Source of the DNA: an uncultured Sphingomonas sp.
Lineage (GTDB): Bacteria > Pseudomonadota > Alphaproteobacteria > Sphingomonadales > Sphingomonadaceae
Direction of reading: 5' to 3'
Assembly: GCF_913062585.1 (NCBI RefSeq)
Contig: NZ_CAJXWX010000003.1
Location: 136,438-200,437, forward strand
DNA: 64,000 nucleotides
The translations under genes and the position numbers were made by a program. Of the stretch, positions 40,813 to 52,704 are shown one piece after another. How positions within the stretch are numbered: position 1 is the stretch's first letter; every line of letters begins with the position of its first letter. The notes beneath the pieces were generated by a model. That model did not search any database and was not told where the DNA came from. It saw only the letters and a list, made by a program, of their open reading frames with translations.

Positions 40813-41664
40813 TTAGCCCTTCTTCTTGGCGTGACGGCTACGGATGATCATCTTGTCCGTCGCCTTGTTGTGACGAGTGCGCGCACCCTTCGTCGGCTTG
40901 CCCCACGGGGTGACCGGATGACGGCCGCCCGAGGTCCGGCCTTCACCACCGCCGTGCGGGTGGTCGACCGGGTTCTTCGCAACACCGCGGGTCAGCGGGC
41001 GATGGCCCTTCCAACGGTTGCGACCAGCCTTCGCCAGGTTGGTGTTGCCGTTGTCGGGGTTCGACACCGCGCCGACGGTCGCCATGCAGTTCGCATGGAT
41101 GTAGCGCTGCTCGCCCGAGTTCAGACGGACGATGACCATGCCCTTGTCGCGGCCCACGACCTGCACATAGGTGCCGGCCGAACGTGCGATCTGACCGCCC
41201 TTGCCGGGCTTCATCTCGACGTTGTGGACGATCGTGCCGACCGGCATCTGGCCCAGTTCCATCGCGTTGCCCGGCTTCACGTCGGTCTTCTTGCCCGCGA
41301 TCACCTTGTCGCCGACAGCGAGGCGCTGCGGTGCGATGATGTAGGACTGGTCGACCTTGCCGGCTTCGTCGGTGCCATAGTTGATGAGCGCGATGAAGGC
41401 GGTGCGGTTGGGATCATATTCGATCCGCTCCACGGTGCCCTCGACGTCCCACTGGCGACGCTTGAAGTCGATAAAGCGATAGCGCTGCTTGTGGCCGCCC
41501 GCGATACCGCGGCTGGTCACATGGCCCTTGTTGTTGCGGCCGCCGGTCTTGCGCTTGCCTTCGGTGAGCGCCTTGACAGGCGCGCCCTTCCAGAGCGCCG
41601 AGCGGTCGACGAGGATCAGGCCGCGGCGGGCCGGGCTCGTCGGGTTATAATGCTTGAGTGCCAT
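40813..41664 (-). CDS. rplB: 50S ribosomal protein L2
   Basis: [26 protein letters not shown]. Confidence 0.97.
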   Translation of the reverse strand: MALKHYNPTSPARRGLILVDRSALWKGAPVKALTEGKRKTGGRNNKGHVTSRGIAGGHKQRYRFIDFKRRQWDVEGTVERIEYDPNRTAFIALINYGTDEAGKVDQSYIIAPQRLAVGDKVIAGKKTDVKPGNAMELGQMPVGTIVHNVEMKPGKGGQIARSAGTYVQVVGRDKGMVIVRLNSGEQRYIHANCMATVGAVSNPDNGNTNLAKAGRNRWKGHRPLTRGVAKNPVDHPHGGGEGRTSGGRHPVTPWGKPTKGARTRHNKATDKMIIRSRHAKKKG

Positions 41665-41668
41665 CGCC

Positions 41669-41980
41669 TCAGATCCCCGTCGTCACGTCAATGGACTGAC
41701 CGTCCTTGAGGGTGACGATCGCCTTCTTCATGTCGGAACGCTGATAGGGCGCACCCTTCCAACGCTTCGTCTTGCCCTTCTGGACGATCGTGTTCACGCC
41801 GGTGACGGTCACGTCGAACAGAGCCTCGACAGCCGCCTTGATCTCGGGCTTGGTAGCCCCCGAAGCGACCTTGAACACCACGGCGTTGTGCTCGCTGAGG
41901 AGCGTCGCCTTCTCGGTGATGTGCGGCGCGACGATCACGTCGTAATGACGCGGATCGACCGCCTTCTGCTGCTTAGCCAT
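41669..41980 (-). CDS. rplW: 50S ribosomal protein L23
   Basis: [22 protein letters not shown]. Confidence 0.96.
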   Translation of the reverse strand: MAKQQKAVDPRHYDVIVAPHITEKATLLSEHNAVVFKVASGATKPEIKAAVEALFDVTVTGVNTIVQKGKTKRWKGAPYQRSDMKKAIVTLKDGQSIDVTTGI

Positions 41981-42599
41981 TAAAACGGGCCTCCAGCTTT
42001 TCGACAGCCGAGCGCGTCAGCACCAGGGTGTCATGCTTCAGAATGTCGTAGACATTGGCGCCAGCGGCCGGAAGGACGTTGATTTCCTTCAGGTTGCCTG
42101 CGGCCAGTGCGAACGACGTCTCGACGGCGTCGCCATCGATGACCAGCGCGGTCTTGCCGAAGCCGAGCTTCACCAGATCGCCCTGCAGCGTCTTCGTCTT
42201 GTTACCCTCGACGGCCAGATCGTTCATCACGATCAGCGAACCCGCCTTGGCGTGGCTCGACAGCGCCATCTTCAGGCCCAGAGCGCGAACCTTCTTGTTC
42301 AGGCCCGGGTTGAAGTCGCGGACGCGGGCGCCGTGCGCCTTACCACCGCCGATGAAGACGGGGGCCCGACGATCGCCGTGACGAGCGACACCGCCGCCCT
42401 TCTGGCGACCGAGCTTCTTGCCCGAGCGGGCGACATCGGCGCGCTCACGGGTGCCGCGCGCGGTGGCGCGACGCTTTTCCAGCTGCCAGGTCACAACGCG
42501 GTGCAGGATGTCGGCGCGCGGATCGAGGCCGAAGACCTCGTCGTTGAGCTCGATGTCCGCGGCGTCGGTGCCGGCGAAGGATTGAACCTTGACCTTCAC
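41973..42599 (-). CDS. rplD: 50S ribosomal protein L4
   Basis: RQKGGG.ARHG, GGGKAHG. Confidence 0.96.
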   Translation of the reverse strand: MKVKVQSFAGTDAADIELNDEVFGLDPRADILHRVVTWQLEKRRATARGTRERADVARSGKKLGRQKGGGVARHGDRRAPVFIGGGKAHGARVRDFNPGLNKKVRALGLKMALSSHAKAGSLIVMNDLAVEGNKTKTLQGDLVKLGFGKTALVIDGDAVETSFALAAGNLKEINVLPAAGANVYDILKHDTLVLTRSAVEKLEARFNG

Positions 42600-42602
42600 G
42601 AC

Positions 42603-43337
42603 TTAGCCCTCCTGGCTCTCGGTGGCTTCCGGAGCAGGCTCGGCAGAAGCGTTGTTGTTGGCGGCCGCCTTGATGCTGGCGGGGAACGGGGCGTCAGCGT
42701 GGCGCGAAACCTTGACCGCGTCCTTGACGATCAGCCAGCCACCCTTCGAGCCGGGCACCGAGCCCTTGACGAAGATCAGGCCGCGCTCGACGTCGGTCGA
42801 CACGATTTCCAGGTTCTGCTGCGTGCGGTTCTTGTCGCCCATGTGGCCGGCCATCTTCTTGTTCTTGAAGACGCGGCCCGGATCCTGACGGTTACCGGTC
42901 GAACCATGCGAACGGTGCGAGACCGAGACGCCGTGGGTCGCGCGCAGACCACCGAAGTTCCAGCGCTTCATCGCACCGGCAAAGCCCTTACCCTGGGTAC
43001 GACCCTGGATATCGACATACTGCCCGGCAACGAAGTGGTCGGCGGCGATTTCCGCGCCGACGTCCAACAGGCCGTCTTCGTTCACGCGGAACTCGACCAG
43101 CACCTGCTTGGGCTCGACTTCGGCCTTGCCGAAGTGGCCACGCTGCGGCTTGGCAACATTCTTGGTCTTGGCGACACCTGCACCAAGCTGGACGGCGGTG
43201 TAGCCGTCACGATCCATCTCGCGGCGAGCGACGACCTGTACGCCTTCAAGCGCCAGGACGGTGACCGGCACGTGCCGACCATCGTCCTGGAACAGGCGGG
43301 TCATCCCCAGCTTCTTCGCGATCACGCCGGTACGCAT
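42603..43337 (-). CDS. rplC: 50S ribosomal protein L3
   Basis: [31 protein letters not shown]. Confidence 0.97.
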   Translation of the reverse strand: MRTGVIAKKLGMTRLFQDDGRHVPVTVLALEGVQVVARREMDRDGYTAVQLGAGVAKTKNVAKPQRGHFGKAEVEPKQVLVEFRVNEDGLLDVGAEIAADHFVAGQYVDIQGRTQGKGFAGAMKRWNFGGLRATHGVSVSHRSHGSTGNRQDPGRVFKNKKMAGHMGDKNRTQQNLEIVSTDVERGLIFVKGSVPGSKGGWLIVKDAVKVSRHADAPFPASIKAAANNNASAEPAPEATESQEG

Positions 43338-43621
43338 GATCCTGTTCCTTCCTCGACAGAGGCCCCCAAGAACCATTCAAGGGGGGCATATCCAGCCCGA
43401 TTAAAGCGAAACGAGCCCCCGTCCCGGGCTGGTGACCGGCGAACCGGTCAGACGGGGGACGCTGCCCCGGCACCATCTCGCTTGCGCGAAACCACCGGGC
43501 GGTATCCCTTAAGAGTGCCGGATCGCGGGAGCGACCTCAGCGCGTTGCCTGGCAGCTTTAGAACCAGGAAACGCCAAAATCCCGTGGGACGGAATCGTCG
43601 ACCACGGGAATGCTGGCCCTC

Positions 43622-43930
43622 TTACGCCAGCTTGATCTCGACATCAACACCTGCGGCGAGGTCGAGCTTCATCAGCGCATCGACGGTCTGCGGGGTCGGC
43701 TGCACGATGTCCAGCATCCGCTTGTAGGTGCGGACCTCGAACTGCTCGCGCGACTTCTTGTCGATGTGCGGACCACGGTTGACCGTGAACTTCTCGATGC
43801 GCGTCGGAAGCGGGATCGGACCGCGGATAAGAGCGCCGGTGCGGCGCGCGGTGTCGGCGATGTCGCCGGTCGCCTGATCGAGCACGCGATGGTCGAACGC
43901 CTTCAGACGAATGCGGATATTGCTGTCCAT
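43622..43930 (-). CDS. rpsJ: 30S ribosomal protein S10
   Basis: [25 protein letters not shown]. Confidence 0.97.
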   Translation of the reverse strand: MDSNIRIRLKAFDHRVLDQATGDIADTARRTGALIRGPIPLPTRIEKFTVNRGPHIDKKSREQFEVRTYKRMLDIVQPTPQTVDALMKLDLAAGVDVEIKLA

Positions 43931-44247
43931 GATCCCTACCGATGCGAAAGAGCGGGCCTTCAGGTCTCCCACGCGGTGAGCGGCAAGTGCGATCGGCTAT
44001 CCGACCGGGCACTCGACCGTTCGCCGTCAAGGCGACCCTGGGCCGAAACAAACTCTGGGTTACGACAAGAGCGGAAAACCACCCCTGCCCTCATTAAAAG
44101 CAAAAGGCCGACTCCGGTGTTTCCGGTGCCAGCCGATTCCCTCAAGGCGTGTGCCTATACGCATATGGCGAGGGCGCCGCAAGGGGTGCGCGGCGGTTTT
44201 TGTTGGAGGGGATGGAACCAGCGCCCACCAGCCGAAAATCCCGACTT

Positions 44248-44430
44248 CCGTTCAGCCTGAGCGAAGTCGAAGGCCACGGGAAAGCGGAGAGCGCCGGGCG
44301 TGCACTTCGACTTCGCTCGGTGCGGACGGAGCTGGACCGCCCTCCCCCTTCCCACCCGCTGGCGCGGGCGGGCCCCTTCCCTCTCCCACCGGGAGAGGGA
44401 GGGAGGCGCGTAGCGCCGGAAGGGTGAGGG
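44248..44430. repeat. inverted pair of 28-bp REP-like units plus a CCCTCTCCC-type unit
   Basis: 44248-44275, 44302-44329, then 44340-44430. Confidence 0.75.
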
Positions 44431-44455
44431 TGTATCACCCACGACCCCACACACG

Positions 44456-44493
44456 AAAAAGGCCGACCCCGTTGCCGGGGCCGGCCCTTTCCT
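44456..44493 (-). terminator. tuf intrinsic terminator
   Basis: Minus strand GGCCGGCCCCG-GCAA-CGGGGTCGGCC-TTTTT. Confidence 0.8.
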
Positions 44494-44520
44494 AAGAAGT
44501 ATCAGGCTTTCGCCCGAGAC

Positions 44521-45714
44521 TTACTTGTCGATCGAGCTGACGACGCCCGCGCCGACGGTACGGCCGCCTTCACGGATCGTGAAGCGCTGACCGATGTCCA
44601 TGGCGATCGGAGCGATCAGCTTCACGCCCAGAGCGACGTTGTCGCCCGGCATGACCATCTCGGTGCCCTCAGGCAGCTCGACGGTGCCGGTCACGTCGGT
44701 CGTGCGGAAGTAGAACTGCGGACGATAGTTCGCGAAGAACGGGGTGTGACGGCCGCCTTCTTCCTTCGACAGGACGTACACTTCCGACTGGAAGTCGGTG
44801 TGCGGGGTGATCGAACCCGGCTTGGCCAGAACCTGACCACGCTCGACTTCGTCACGAGCGACGCCACGGATCAGCGCACCGATGTTGTCGCCGGCCTGGC
44901 CCGAGTCGAGCAGCTTGCGGAACATTTCGACACCGGTGACGGTGGTCTTGCGGGTGTCGTTGATGCCGACGATCTCGACTTCTTCACCAACCTTGATGAT
45001 GCCGGTTTCGACACGGCCGGTGACGACGGTGCCGCGACCCGAGATCGAGAACACGTCTTCGATCGGCATCATGAACGGCTTGTCGAGCGGACGCTCCGGC
45101 TGCGGGATGTATTCGTCGACCTGCTTCATCAGCTCGAGAACGGCATCCTTGCCGAACTTGTCGTTCGAACCCGACAGCGCGCAGGTCGCCGAACCCTTGA
45201 CGACGGGGATGTCGTCGCCCGGGAATTCGTACGAGCTCAGCAGCTCGCGGATTTCCAGCTCGACCAGCTCGAGGATTTCCTCGTCATCGACCAGGTCGAC
45301 CTTGTTCATGAACACGACCATCGCGGGCACGCCGACCTGGCGGGCCAGCAGGATGTGCTCGCGGGTCTGCGGCATCGGGCCGTCGGTCGACGAAACGACG
45401 AGGATCGCGCCGTCCATCTGCGCCGCGCCGGTGATCATGTTCTTCACATAGTCGGCGTGGCCGGGGCAGTCGACGTGCGCATAGTGGCGCGCTTCGGTCT
45501 CATACTCGACGTGCGCGGTCGAGATGGTGATGCCGCGCTCACGCTCTTCCGGCGCCTTGTCGATGTTCGCGAAGTCCACCGCCGCGTTGCCGGCGACGTT
45601 ATCGGCCAGAACCTTGGTGATCGCTGCGGTCAGCGAGGTCTTGCCATGGTCGACGTGGCCGATGGTGCCGATGTTGAGGTGCGGCTTGTTCCGCTCGAAT
45701 TTTGCCTTTGCCAT
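44521..45714 (-). CDS. tuf: elongation factor Tu
   Basis: [26 protein letters not shown]. Confidence 0.98.
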   Translation of the reverse strand: MAKAKFERNKPHLNIGTIGHVDHGKTSLTAAITKVLADNVAGNAAVDFANIDKAPEERERGITISTAHVEYETEARHYAHVDCPGHADYVKNMITGAAQMDGAILVVSSTDGPMPQTREHILLARQVGVPAMVVFMNKVDLVDDEEILELVELEIRELLSSYEFPGDDIPVVKGSATCALSGSNDKFGKDAVLELMKQVDEYIPQPERPLDKPFMMPIEDVFSISGRGTVVTGRVETGIIKVGEEVEIVGINDTRKTTVTGVEMFRKLLDSGQAGDNIGALIRGVARDEVERGQVLAKPGSITPHTDFQSEVYVLSKEEGGRHTPFFANYRPQFYFRTTDVTGTVELPEGTEMVMPGDNVALGVKLIAPIAMDIGQRFTIREGGRTVGAGVVSSIDK

Positions 45715-45849
45715 TTTCCTACCTTCTGAATCGAATTCGGTGCCGCATCCGAGGCCACGCGAACGCGGCCCCATAGCGGGTGTTTCAGGTGATTGCCAGC
45801 CCCTAGCGTCATCGCGCCTGCCGGTCGCCCGGCAGGCGCGACATACGCC

Positions 45850-47925
<2,076 letters not shown>

Positions 47926-48072
47926 GATCGATCTTCCTCAAGCGTAGGGGGGAGCCGGTTGGCCCGGCTCCCCCTTATATAGGCTGTTTGCGTGACCAGC
48001 GGAAGACCGCCGGCACCGCACCCTGAAAAGGTTGCGGCAGGCCGGAAATAATTCCGGTCCGCCGCAAGGCCC

Positions 48073-48543
48073 TTACCAGCGGTAGTGCGAGAAGGCGCGA
48101 TTCGCTTCCGCCATGCGGTGCGTATCTTCGCGCTTCTTGACCGCATTGCCGCGGTTGTTCGCGGCATCCATCAGCTCACCCGACAGACGCGCAGCCATCG
48201 TGTTTTCCGAACGGGCACGCGACGCGCCGATCAGCCAACGGATGGCCAGAGCCTGGGCACGCTCCGGACGGACTTCGACCGGAACCTGGTAGGTCGCACC
48301 GCCGACGCGGCGCGAACGGACTTCGATGCCCGGCTTGATGTTGTTCAGCGCATCGTGGAACACGCCGATCGGATCGCGCTTGGCGCGCGTCTCGACGGTT
48401 TCCAGAGCACCGTAAACGATGGCTTCGGCCACGGACTTCTTACCGTCCAGCATGACCGAATTCATGAACTTCGACAGGACCTCATCTCCGAACTTGGGGT
48501 CCGGCAGAATTTCCCGCTTTTCGGGACGACGACGACGAGCCAT
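48073..48543 (-). CDS. rpsG: 30S ribosomal protein S7
   Basis: [24 protein letters not shown]. Confidence 0.98.
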   Translation of the reverse strand: MARRRRPEKREILPDPKFGDEVLSKFMNSVMLDGKKSVAEAIVYGALETVETRAKRDPIGVFHDALNNIKPGIEVRSRRVGGATYQVPVEVRPERAQALAIRWLIGASRARSENTMAARLSGELMDAANNRGNAVKKREDTHRMAEANRAFSHYRW

Positions 48544-48609
48544 TCTCGTATTTCCTTACAAAACTTCAGCCTTTGATGGTCGAGGAGCCTCAGGAGAGGC
48601 CCGACCGGC

Positions 48610-48981
48610 TTACTTCGGACGCTTCGCGCCGTACTTCGAGCGGGACTGCTTGCGATCCTTCACGCCCTGCGTGTCGAGAACGCCGCGCAGCACGTGGTAA
48701 CGCACGCCGGGAAGGTCGCGCACACGGCCGCCGCGGATAAGCACCACCGAGTGCTCCTGCAGGTTGTGGCCTTCGCCCGGGATGTACGAAATGACTTCGC
48801 GGCTGTTGGTCAGACGGACCTTGGCCACCTTGCGAAGCGCCGAGTTCGGCTTCTTCGGGGTCGTCGTGTAGACACGGGTGCAAACGCCGCGCTTCTGCGG
48901 GTTCTGCTCCATTGCAGGGACCTTGGACTTGGCCTTCTGCAGTTCGCGGCCCTTGCGGACCAGCTGGTTGATCGTCGGCAT
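48610..48981 (-). CDS. rpsL: 30S ribosomal protein S12 (Arg at position 88)
   Basis: [29 protein letters not shown]. Confidence 0.98.
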   Translation of the reverse strand: MPTINQLVRKGRELQKAKSKVPAMEQNPQKRGVCTRVYTTTPKKPNSALRKVAKVRLTNSREVISYIPGEGHNLQEHSVVLIRGGRVRDLPGVRYHVLRGVLDTQGVKDRKQSRSKYGAKRPK

Positions 48982-49285
48982 TGAAGCCTTCACCTTTCCA
49001 TGAGGTTACTTTGCTGGAGCCATCACAGCACTTCGGAATACAAAAAGGGGCCTTCGCGGCTTTCGCCCGGCCCTCATTCGCATCCAGCAATGTTCAAGCT
49101 TGCCCGACGGATAAGTCCCGATTCCCGGAAAATCCCCTTCGTGCAGCGGCGGCCTATACGCGGGAGTCGTCGGGCGGTCAATGTCGGCGCGGAGAGGCGA
49201 CCCGGGCGCATCCGAATTATCTGCGAAAATCGCACATTTGGGTCTTGTCCCGCCCTGCCAGCCAAGCTAATGGCAGCCGCCTCGC

Positions 49286-49361
49286 AGGAGTGTAGCTCAG
49301 TTGGTAGAGCATCGGTCTCCAAAACCGAGGGCCCACGGTTCGAGTCCGTGCACTCCTGCCA
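49286..49361 (+). tRNA. trnW: tRNA-Trp (CCA)
   Basis: AGGAGTG acceptor/CACTCCT, D-loop AGTTGGTA, anticodon loop CTCCAAA, T-loop GTTCGAG, encoded CCA. Confidence 0.96.
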
Positions 49362-49597
49362 CTTGTCTGTCGTAGCACGGTATAAGTGCACGCATTTGAA
49401 CGCTAAGTCCTACATCGCCGTCGCTTAGGAACTTGCACAAGTCACGCCTAATTTAAAGGCATGCGAAAAGCGCTCCGATAAAAGCGGTGTGCTCTTTCTG
49501 TGTGAATGAGTGAATCGCCTTTCAGGACGTCGGCGACATCACATTATCGCCGGCGTTTCATGGTTGACGGGATCGGTGGATCGACGATCATACCGCC

Positions 49598-49903
49598 ATG
49601 TCCGACCCTTCAGCATTCCGATCGACCGCCTCTGTGGCGCATCACCTCGCCAAGGTGGTGGCAAAAACTGTCGAATTGGAGACGACGCAGTCAGGGCTTC
49701 GAGGGTCATGCCCTTTCCACCCGGATGCGACCCGTGGCCTCTACGTTCACAACGGCCGCTTTCACTGTTTTTCGTGCGGCGCGGGCGGGGACGTGGTCGA
49801 CTGGTGGATGCGGCTCCATCGAGCCGACGAAGAGACTGCGGCAGCATATCTCACGCGAGGCGCATCCGGTGACGGCGCCGATCACGATAAAAAGCCTTGC
49901 TGA
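49598..49903 (+). CDS. stand-alone CHC2 zinc finger (primase zinc-binding domain)
   Basis: CPFH.D...L.V....FHCFSCGAGGDVVDW; stop after 101 aa with no TOPRIM domain. Confidence 0.82.
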   Translation: MSDPSAFRSTASVAHHLAKVVAKTVELETTQSGLRGSCPFHPDATRGLYVHNGRFHCFSCGAGGDVVDWWMRLHRADEETAAAYLTRGASGDGADHDKKPC

Positions 49904-50003
49904 TCGGATCGGACGGCCGCTCAGCAAGGCTTCGGATGACACAAATACCCTTCGCGTGTCTCAAGTACGTCGAGGCTTCGTCGCCGCCTGGCACAAGCGT
50001 CGC

Positions 50004-50780
50004 CTAAGTCAGCGGTGACCTGGATGCTACAACCAGCCCGAGCAGGTGCTGCGTGAATGCATCGCCTCCCTTGCTGTAGGCCATGCGTCCCCAGTGATCC
50101 CAATTGTCGACCCTGGCCGCGATCCACGCGAACAGATCGTCGCGTACGCTCTGGTCATCGAACGCCAGGGACCAAGTCACTCGCCTCACCGGCATCCTGA
50201 CGGGACTTCCGTTCGCCATCGAGGTCAGGGTGATCGCGTGCGACTGCCCAACCGTCTCGCGCGCGAAGACGTGACGCCGAAAGCCAACCGCGCGTTCGAA
50301 ATCCTGCAGCGCCTGCTCCCGGTCCCGATCGGATGGATTCCGGACGGCCGCGACCACCGCTGCCATGACGTCCGCGATAGGCAGATCCTCCCACTCTGGA
50401 TCGCGGGTAGCCACCAGCATCATCAGCACCGACCGACCCTCGGGGCTTAGATCGTCCGTCGACCCGCGCTGCAGCAGACCGACGGTACCGAGCCAGCACA
50501 TATAGAAAGTCCAGAGAACCAGGTTGCCGCGGAAGAGATCAAATCGGCGTTCGCTCTCACCACGTTCTGCCATATCGACCGACAGAAGGACCCGGAGGAG
50601 GAATTCGAGCTGCTCCCGTACGGCGTGCGTTTCGGGAAGGCCCAACTCGTCCCGCCAAAAGGCATCGCGCACCGACGTCCACTTGCGGCCATCCTCGTCC
50701 TCAAAATGAGCGCCGTTGGCTCGCAGCCACCAGCCCCACGGCAGATCGCCAGGCCGGTGCCGTTCCCGCGCCGTCGCCAT
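50004..50780 (-). CDS. hypothetical protein, 258 aa (Trp-rich)
   Basis: Long ORF translationally coupled (TAATG) to the upstream gene. Confidence 0.75.
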   Translation of the reverse strand: MATARERHRPGDLPWGWWLRANGAHFEDEDGRKWTSVRDAFWRDELGLPETHAVREQLEFLLRVLLSVDMAERGESERRFDLFRGNLVLWTFYMCWLGTVGLLQRGSTDDLSPEGRSVLMMLVATRDPEWEDLPIADVMAAVVAAVRNPSDRDREQALQDFERAVGFRRHVFARETVGQSHAITLTSMANGSPVRMPVRRVTWSLAFDDQSVRDDLFAWIAARVDNWDHWGRMAYSKGGDAFTQHLLGLVVASRSPLT

Positions 50781-51592
50781 TATTCGGCCCTCGGTTCGAG
50801 GCCGATGGGCGGGAGCGGCGGCCCGTCGCGGGCCGGGACTGGACGACCGTCGCGGATCGCGGCGAGCTGCGCAGCCAGGTTGCGGATCTCACGCACGACA
50901 TAGCCGTCGTCACGATACCTTGCCTCGATCCCGGTGCCTGCCGAGCTCTGGCGATCGCGCAGTTCGCCGGGCACGACGTCGTAGACATGGTTGCAGTCGA
51001 AGCCGAACCACCACTGGTGCGGGCTGGCGCGATGATCGGTCGCATGCTGCAGAGGCACCTCGCCAACGACGACGTGGCAGATGCGGCGGTATTCGGTGAT
51101 CAGGCGCCGCTTAGGGTTTGGGCCGTCGTCGCAGATGCGCGAGTAGGTCAGGCCACCGTGCACCTCGATCCCGAGGCTCGCCGGCACCGCGTCATGGTCC
51201 CAGCCGAAGAGGGGATGGGTGGACGGCACCCCGACGAAGCCGCTCAGGTAGCCCTCGGGATGCCCGCGCATCATGATGCACTCCAGGCCGGTCGCCTCGT
51301 CGACCCACGAGACCTTGTCTGCCTCGCCGAGCCATGGACCATGAGAGCGCGGCATCTCCCGCTTCGCATAGAAGATCTCGGCTTCCGGCACCAAGTCACG
51401 GCTCGTCGCATAGGCGCGGCCGGTGATGCGGACCACGCCGTCCTGGCTGACGAACTCGCCGCCGGTCCCCGACACCTTGGCCAGATCGACGCCCGACCCG
51501 ACCGCATCCGCCAATGCGCCCTTCCCTACCTTCGCGAGCGGCAGCGGCTTCTGCACCGCGACGGCCGTCGACCTGCTCTTCTTCGTGGCCAT
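50780..51592 (-). CDS. hypothetical protein with HGGLTY / WWFGFDCNH motifs
   Basis: GFVGVPSTHP, VHGGLTYS, WWFGFDCNH..D; start MATKKS inferred. Confidence 0.75.
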   Translation of the reverse strand: MATKKSRSTAVAVQKPLPLAKVGKGALADAVGSGVDLAKVSGTGGEFVSQDGVVRITGRAYATSRDLVPEAEIFYAKREMPRSHGPWLGEADKVSWVDEATGLECIMMRGHPEGYLSGFVGVPSTHPLFGWDHDAVPASLGIEVHGGLTYSRICDDGPNPKRRLITEYRRICHVVVGEVPLQHATDHRASPHQWWFGFDCNHVYDVVPGELRDRQSSAGTGIEARYRDDGYVVREIRNLAAQLAAIRDGRPVPARDGPPLPPIGLEPRAE

Positions 51593-51773
51593 GACTTTCA
51601 CCTTTCCTGCTGTGGTTCGATCGATCAGTTGGTCGAGGGGCAGCGCCGCCCTTCGGCGCCTACGCCTATCGGATCGTCCCTGGCCGCCCGCCCACAGCAC
51701 CTGCGCAGCCTGCGGATGGTCCTTCGCTGACGGTCGAGATGAAGCGCGCGCCTACCGGCACTGACGAAGGCGC

Positions 51774-52655
51774 TCACAGGAAGCGGTCCGCGGCCGTGAC
51801 CATCTCGAAGCGGGGCGCCATGGCTCTGGCACCGTGCCCCGCGGCGTAGACGTTCGTCGCCAGCCAGAATTCTTCCGCCGTGCGCGCGTCATCCGCGACC
51901 TCGGTCCACCACGTCCGGCGCTCCGGATCCCACCTATAGCCCCGCGCCTTCAGTGCATCCTTGGCGTCAAAGCTGGCCCCATCGGCGTACACCATCCAGC
52001 TGGGTGCCCTCATGCGACCGAGCAGTTCCGCGAGCACGGTCGTGCCATCGTCCGCGCGGTGACGGAGCAGCTGCACGAGGGCGTCGACGTCCGTGGCGGC
52101 CCGATGGGGCCGGAAGAAGTATCCGGCCTGCTGGAGCAGGTAGCCGAGGGCCCGGCCATCGAAGCCTCGCCCGCGCCAGTCGACCTGTTGGAAGGAGCAA
52201 GCCCAGTCTAGTCCGCGTACGTCCGGCAGGCGACGTTCGACATAGGGGCGGTCGAATGCGGCGTGGTGCGCCACGACGCATGACGCCGTGCGGAGCATGC
52301 GCGTCGCCTCGGCATCGTCGATCCGCCGACCGGCGACGTCGTCGTCAGTCAGCCCGGTGATCGCGACCGTCTCCGGCGTCAGCGGGTGGCCCGGATCCTC
52401 CGTCCACGAGGAGATGGGGCCGATGTCGGTAATGACGCCATCGGCATCGAAACGGAACGGGCGGATCGCTAGTTCGACGACCGCGCCTAGGTGGACAACG
52501 GTGCCCGTCGTCTCCACGTCGACCGCGACGCCGATGGCGGTGTCATGATCGTCGCCATCGCCGGTGGGGCCTTCGCGCACGTCGAGGCTGTGCAGGACGC
52601 GCGTCTTCTCGTCGCCAGCCGCACCAATGCGGCTGGCCGATGCCAGCTTTTCCAT
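51774..52655 (-). CDS. DEDDh 3'-5' exonuclease (Pol III epsilon-like)
   Basis: ExoI VDVETTG, ExoII AHHAAFD, ExoIII HRAATD. Confidence 0.9.
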   Translation of the reverse strand: MEKLASASRIGAAGDEKTRVLHSLDVREGPTGDGDDHDTAIGVAVDVETTGTVVHLGAVVELAIRPFRFDADGVITDIGPISSWTEDPGHPLTPETVAITGLTDDDVAGRRIDDAEATRMLRTASCVVAHHAAFDRPYVERRLPDVRGLDWACSFQQVDWRGRGFDGRALGYLLQQAGYFFRPHRAATDVDALVQLLRHRADDGTTVLAELLGRMRAPSWMVYADGASFDAKDALKARGYRWDPERRTWWTEVADDARTAEEFWLATNVYAAGHGARAMAPRFEMVTAADRFL

Positions 52656-52704
52656 GTCGTTCTCCGGTGATCATGCCAGGCCGTGCCCGGCGGTTACGCG
52701 AACC

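Noticed and set aside
59-44430. CRISPR array
   Set aside because: Repeats are dispersed inverted pairs, not regularly spaced direct repeats with unique spacers; no cas genes
49506-50018. 170-aa ORF overlapping the CHC2 gene
   Set aside because: Different frame over a motif-bearing gene; no recognisable features
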